Origin: Octopus vulgaris
Lineage: Eukaryota
Reading direction: 5' to 3'
DNA length: 64,000 nucleotides
Assembly (NCBI GenBank): GCA_951406725.2
Contig: OX597837.1
Coordinates: forward strand, 40,424,001 to 40,488,000
Shown: piece after piece, positions 57,296 through 64,000 of the stretch
Position numbering within the stretch: the stretch's first letter is position 1
Layout: the number at the start of each line of letters is the position of its first letter
The notes under the pieces: model-generated
Databases searched by the model: none
What the model was told of the DNA's origin: nothing
Seen by the model: only the letters and a program-made list of their open reading frames with translations
Program-made: the position numbers and the translations under genes

Positions 57296-57668
57296 GGAGG
57301 CACAATGGCCCAGTGGTTAGGGCAGCGGACTCGCGGTCATAGGATCGCGGTTTCGATTCCCAGACCGGGCGTTGTGAGTGTTTATTGAGCGAAAACACCT
57401 AAAGCTCCACGAGGCTCCGGCAGGGGATGGTGGTGATCCCTGCTGTACTCTTTCACCACAACTTTCTCTCACTCTTACTTCCTGTTTCTGTTGTACCTGT
57501 ATTTCAAAGGGCCGGGCTCTTGTCACGCTGAATATCCCCGAGAACTACGTTAAGGGTACACGTGTCTGTGGAGTGCTCAGCCACTTACACGTTAATTTCA
57601 CGAGCAGGCTGTTCCGTTGATCGGATCAACCGGAACCCTCATCGTCGTAACCGACGGAGTGCTTCCAA
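57296..57668 (+). mobile_element. SINE family C, full length, tRNA-derived head, 14-bp TSD
   Basis: tggcccagtggttag A box, gtttcgattccc B box; ATATAGATGTGTGT at 57282-57295 and 57669-57682. Confidence 0.92.
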
Positions 57669-58118
57669 ATATAGATGTGTGTATGTGTTGTGTGTGTGCG
57701 TAGAGGATGTAATTTAATAAATTGCATTCGTGCTTAAGTACTTTATTAATATATCCTCTGAACTTAAGACCTTAGTTGTCTAACATGTCGCCGTTAATTA
57801 CGCATTAATTACGTAATGAATATATCGTTGATGACGTTTGTATTTAAGCTGTGGAAACAGAAAGTGAAAGTAAGGAAATATTGAAATATCATCCGGGTCT
57901 TGGCCTTCTTTTCCCATACGCATACATGCATATAAACGTTTATACGTGTATGTGTATGTGTGTGTGTACGTCTATGTGTTTGTATATATGTTTGCATGCA
58001 AATATAAGGACACAGAAAATGTGTCAAAGCCGACAGGAGACGTCGATGTTTCCTAGGGCTAAATGGCGGTGGTGTAATTCCCTTACGGGACTGTCACATT
58101 GAGTTGACAGTATACGAC

Positions 58119-58250
<132 letters not shown>

Positions 58251-58499
58251 GTATATATATACGTATATATATCTCTATCTATATATATATATATATATAT
58301 ATATACGTATATATATCTCTATCTATATATACATATACATACATACATATATACATACAGTTGAAAATAAAAACGCAGTGTAAGTGTATCTCTGCGTTTC
58401 TGCATGCATGCATGTCTGATTCTTTATGTGTGTGCGTGTGCCTTATGTGTGTGCATATCTATATCATTATGTACCTATATAAATATATAAATGCTTATG

Positions 58500-58587
<88 letters not shown>

Positions 58588-59058
58588 TAACGAATTTATG
58601 AGTCTAGAGCACCACAAAAGATCACAGTGTGAGCTGAAAAATAAATCATCATCGTGTGTGGTGTGCGATGTTACAATTTTACGCTGATCGTCTATTTTTA
58701 GAACTAATCTATCATATTCCAAAATTTCTAAATCGCCATAGTCTGAGAATCGTAGCCAAGAGAGAAACAAAACCATAAACTTTTATTAAGACATTTCTGG
58801 TGATTTAACTTTTCAGCTCTCTACGAAGGTCATTTCAGTTCAATCTATGAATAACTCGCACACATCCACAGAAATGTACTAAGACACGTTTAAAACATCT
58901 ACAAACAAACACTCCCAAACATTTCTTTCTTCTTTCTTGGTGTTGACACTTGGCTACGTTTATTTATTTACTGAAGTTTGTGAATTCGAAGAAGTTTGTT
59001 TGTCCGTTGGGAATATACTTGTAGTGACGTTTCGAGCGAAAATCATCATCGTAGAACG

Positions 59059-59930
59059 ATGAGTGAGTGAGTGAGTGAGTGAGTGAGTGAGTGAGTGAAT
59101 GAGTGAGTGAGTGAGTGAGTGAGTGAGTGAGTGAGTGAGTGAGTGAGTGAGTGAGTGAGTGAGTGAGTGAGTGACTGAGTGAGTGAGTGAATGAGTGAGT
59201 GAGTGAGTGAGTGAGTGAGTGAGTGAGTGAGTGAGTGAATGAGTGAGTGAGTGAGTGAGTGAGTGAGTGAGTGAGTGAGTGAGTGAGTGAATGAGTGAGT
59301 GAGTGAGTGAATGAGTGAGTGAGTGAGTGAGTGAGTGAGTGAGTGAATGAGTGAGTGAGTGAGTGAGTGAGTGAGTGAGTGAGTGAATGAGTGAGTGAGT
59401 GAGTGAGTGAGTGAGTGAGTGAGTGAGTGAGTGAGTGAATGAGTGAGTGAGTGAGTGAGTGAGTGAGTGAATGAGTGAGTGAGTGAGTGAGTGAATGAGT
59501 GAGTGAGTGAGTGAGTGAATGAGTGAGTGAGTGAGTGAGTGAGTGAGTGAGTGAGTGAGTGAGTGAGTGAGTGAGTGTGTGATTGAGTGAATGGATGAGT
59601 GAGAGTTTGTGAGTGAAAGAATAAGTGAGTGTTAGTGAGTGAGAGAGTCAGCGAATGAGTGAGTGAATGAGTGAGTGACTAAGTGAATGAGTTAGTGAGT
59701 GAGTGAGAGAACGTGTAAGAGAGTGAGAGAGTAAGTGAATGAGTGAGTGAGTGAGTGAGTGAGTATGTGAGTTAGTGAGTGAGTGAGTCACTGAGCGAGT
59801 CAGTGAGCGAGTGAGCGTTTGACTGAGTGAGTGAGTGAGTGAGTGAGTGAGTCAGTCAGTCAGTGAGCGAGTGAGCGTGTGACTGAGTGAATGAATAGGT
59901 GAATGAACGAATTCTTGAATGAATGAGTGA
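59059..59930. repeat. (GAGT)n array, homogeneous on the left and decaying on the right
   Basis: Direct reading. Confidence 0.95.
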
Positions 59931-60727
59931 ATGACAGTAGAGCGGATGATGTGAACGACCTCTCTTAAGAAGACAACCATCACATCTTAAATATATTTAC
60001 CTTATATATAAAATAAAAATTTTAAGAAATTTGGGATTTCTTATATATGCCTCATTTTCTAAAACTTATTTTGGAGAAGCCTGAGGTCTCTTCCTTGTAT
60101 AACGTTCTCTAAAAACACTTACTGAAAATCAAATGAATTGTTCTGTTGGGGCCGATGGCTTTTAAACGCGTTCTCTGAGAGCGTTATGTAGTTTGTTGTT
60201 TCATTCCTGGTCGAATGGTCAGCACTTTATTCAATGCTTCTTTCCAAGCTAAGTATTTGCTGTTCAGTGGGCAAAGTTCGATATTTCAGCAATTGTATGT
60301 CATTCTTCATTCATTTGCGATTTGTATAGCAGTAATGTTGCATTAGTGCTCTTGGTGAAATAACACGTGTTTTCTTCAACGTCTCGTAAGATTTATGGTC
60401 GTTCAGGAAATGTCTTTCGATCGCAGTAAGTGTATTTGCAGTACCAGCACTTGCTCCAAAAATTCTATTGCATTCATATACATACAAACATACATACATG
60501 TGTGTATGTATAGGTTTGAATGTATGTGTATATGTGCTTACACATTATTAATAGCTACATATTCGGCGTTCTATAACAATTCTTTAATTCAATATAAAAT
60601 GGCTCTCTTGGTACTAAGATTTAAGGGTCATTCGCCCATCTGCTCATATTCAATTAAAAGACGAAGATATATTCATAAATGAATATACATACATATATAC
60701 ATATACATATATATATATATATGTATA

Positions 60728-60813
<86 letters not shown>

Positions 60814-60852
60814 GTATATATATATGTGTGTATATATATATATGTATATATA

Positions 60853-60885
<33 letters not shown>

Positions 60886-61039
60886 ATAATATGTGTGTGT
60901 ATTCCCATAGTTCCATAAGAAAAGGAAACTAATGGAAAATCAAAAGTAATATCGTTATTATATATCATATATCATATAACCATTTATCATTGAAACCCAG
61001 TCGAGTGTTTATCATTAAAAATAAAGCAAAAAATGGCTG

Positions 61040-61226
61040 TGATGGTGACGATGATGAGGACGATGATGACCACCACGACCACGACGATGATGATGATGAT
61101 GATGATGATTGTAGTTGTTGTGATGGCGGTGGTGTTGGTGGTGATGAAGGCGTTTGTGATAATGAAAGCAAAAATAATAATAATAATAATATAAATAATA
61201 ATAATATTAATAATCATAATAATAAG

Positions 61227-61297
<71 letters not shown>

Positions 61298-61313
61298 GAT
61301 AATAATAATAATG

Positions 61314-61368
<55 letters not shown>

Positions 61369-61650
61369 GATAATAATAATAGTAATCATAAAAATAATGA
61401 CTACTTTTAATATTATCAACAACAATAACAATAATAGTAATAATAATGATAATGATGATGATGATGATGATGATGATGGTAGTGGTGGTGGTGGTGGTGG
61501 TTGTGGCGGTGGTGGTGATGATGATAATGATGATGATGGTGGTGGTAGTGGTGGTGGTGGTGATGATGACGATGATGATGATGATGATGATGATGATAAC
61601 AGCAACAACAACAACAACAACAATAATGTTAATAATAATGATAATAATAG
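61040..61650. repeat. Compound GAT/AAT/GGT microsatellite
   Basis: Direct reading. Confidence 0.92.
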
Positions 61651-61820
61651 TCAGTAATGATTTCTCTATTTTTGCCATGAGGGGTCGACAGTAGAGGTGG
61701 GGATGTGTGTATTACAGGGACAATTTAGAAAAATCTGTGGGTGTCTGGGTGTTTACAATGAAATCGACTAATATTCATATTTACATAATCGATACTACAT
61801 ATAAGATTTATAAACAAGAA

Positions 61821-61854
<34 letters not shown>

Positions 61855-62169
61855 ATATACATGCATATACATTCACACATACATATATATATATATGTGC
61901 ATACATGTGTATGTATCAATGTATATATGTGTGGATATATATATATATATATATACATATATATATACATAGATACATACATTCATATACATATGTGTAT
62001 ATGTATATGTATATATATATTTATGTATGTGTGTGTATGTGTGAAGATGTGTTTGTGAGAGGTTTGTTTTTCATTTTCCTTATGATGTATATTTCTGTCT
62101 AGCTCGGGAAACGAATAAGTTTATTTACTGCAACAAAGCGCTCACTCATATGCATAAAAACATACAGGC

Positions 62170-62211
<42 letters not shown>

Positions 62212-62213
<2 letters not shown>

Positions 62214-62599
62214 TGGCTTGCTAACCAACCACATGGTTCCAGGTTCAGTCCCACTGCGTGGCATCTTGGGCAAGTGTCTTCTGCTATAGCCTCGGGCCGA
62301 CCAAAGCCTTGTGAGTGGATTTGGTAGACGGAAACTGAAAGAAGCCTGTCGTATATATGTATATATATATATATATATGTATGTATGTGTGTGTATCTGT
62401 GTTTGTCCCTCTAGCATTGCTTGACAACCGATGCTGGTGTGTTTACGTCCCCGTCACTTAGCGGTTCGGCAAAAGAGACCGATAGAATAAGTACTGGGGC
62501 TTACAAAGAATAAGTCCCGGGGTCGATTTGCTCGACTAAAGGCGGTGCTCCAGCATGGCCGCAGTCAAATGACTGAAACAAGTAAAGGAGTAAATAGAG

Positions 62600-62600
<1 letters not shown>
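62212..62600 (+). mobile_element. SINE family B, slightly 5'-truncated
   Basis: Matches 9172-9640. Confidence 0.9.
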
Positions 62601-62639
<39 letters not shown>

Positions 62640-63082
62640 GTGCTTACTCATATGTGTAGCGTCTTTTTACATTCATCTATCTATATATCTGGCTATTTAT
62701 TTATCTGTTTATATATATATATATGTGTCTGTGTATGATATTAACTACATTTCTGACATGAGAACTGCAGCAAATAACACTTGTTCTCCGCTGGCCCCTT
62801 GTTTATAGTCCCCAGACACTAAAACTGCCTTTCTCTTAATGACATGTCGATTTCGAAGATTTGTAGTTTCTTGAAAATCATCTCTATCTCATTTAAATTT
62901 GGCACCATTTGCCTCAGGAATTTTGTACTCTCTCTAGAATCAGAGCAAATTTCATTACGTCTTGAATTCTTCTTGTACGGTTTTTTTAATATAACTTCAT
63001 TCGTCTTTGTTGTTCAAAACACATGGCTCTGGTCGTTGTTAATTCTCTTGTTTGTTCCTTCTCGAGCTACGCCTGTCCTCAT

Positions 63083-63352
63083 AAGGGCCGGTTTCCCGGT
63101 TTCCTTGGCGTATATGTTCCCCCACCTGGACGGAACGCCGGTCCGTCGCAGGTGAGCTGCAAAATGCAGGAGGAAAGAGCGAGAGAAAGTTGTGGCGAAA
63201 GAGTCAGCAGAAGTTCGCCATTACCTTCTGTCGGAACCGCGTGGAGCTTAGGTGATTCGCTCATAAACAGACACATCACCCAGTCTGAGATACGAACCCG
63301 CAATCCCTCGACCGCGAGTCCGCTGCTCTAACCGCTAAGCCATGTGCCTCCA
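63083..63352 (-). mobile_element. SINE family C with V-domain-like tail
   Basis: Head gtggaggcacatggcttagcggttag; tail tgcgacggaccggcgttccgtccagg...gaaaccggg. Confidence 0.85.
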
Positions 63353-63716
63353 CTGTTAATTCTCTTGCGGCATTATCGTTTCGACTATATAAATTATCCT
63401 GGCCTATGTATGTATGTATGTTTGTTTGTATGTATGTATATATATATATATTTGTATACATGTATGTTAGTATGTACGTTTGTATGTATGTATATTTGTA
63501 TATATATATCTATATCTATGTATGTATGTTATATATGTACGTATGTATGTTTGTGTATATATATATATATGTGTGTGTGTGTTAGTATGCATGTTTTGTA
63601 TGTATGTTATGAATGTATGTATGTATGTATGTATGTATGTATGTATGTATGTATGTATGTATGTATGTATATATATATATAAATTAGAGATAAAACCACT
63701 ATTAGTCAATATATAT

Positions 63717-63947
63717 ATTTCTTTACTACCCACAAGGGGCTAAACATAGAGGGGACAAACAAGGACTGACAAATGGATTGAGTCGATTACATCGACCCCC
63801 AGTGCGAAACTGGTACTTTATTTATCGACCCCGAGAGGATGAAAGTCAAAGTCGACCTCGGCGGAATTTGAACTCAGAACGTAACGACAGACGAATTACC
63901 GCTAAGCATTTCGCCCGGCGCGCTAACGATTCTGCCAGCTCGCCGCC
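63717..63947 (-). mobile_element. SINE family A monomer with Tx1-like tail and ~15-bp TSD
   Basis: ttagtcaatatatat (63702-63716) vs ttaggcaatatatat (63948-63962). Confidence 0.9.
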
Positions 63948-64000
63948 TTAGGCAATATATATGAATGTCTGAATGTATGTATGTTTGTGTATGTGTGTAT

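Noticed and set aside
57296-57372. tRNA gene
   Set aside because: tRNA-like head continues into a SINE body with TSDs; no convincing acceptor stem or terminator
59014-59058. Minus-strand CTCGAAACGTC resembling the minimal hammerhead family
   Set aside because: 5' core and stems are too degenerate to support
59059-59930. (GAGT)n as telomeric sequence
   Set aside because: Not TTAGGG; ordinary tetranucleotide microsatellite

Overview
AT-rich, microsatellite-saturated animal genomic DNA, most likely intronic or intergenic. The SINE families and repeat landscape point to an octopus (inference). No complete protein-coding gene is supportable, and almost all listed ORFs are translations of (TA)n, (CA)n, (TATG)n, (TATC)n or trinucleotide repeats. 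Supported content: dozens of tRNA-derived SINE copies from three to four modular families, several forming head-less tandem multimers; a 5'-truncated L1/Tx1 LINE and a second Tx1 3' end, both inside (CTAT)n; RLE (R4/Dong-like), RTE and CR1/Jockey-like LINE remnants; four MITEs; and an inverted 33-bp minisatellite. The main signal is about 14 type I hammerhead-ribozyme-like motifs in several structural families, read by eye on both strands. They include one canonical full-length motif (32043-32099), a 164-bp tandem dimer with one motif per unit (47879-48211), and Penelope-like short elements with recurrent non-canonical cores (CCGAYGA, CUGUNGA). The multimeric SINE shares a 42-nt 3' tail with the Tx1 LINE. 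All structures were paired manually; no folding, alignment or database search was run.
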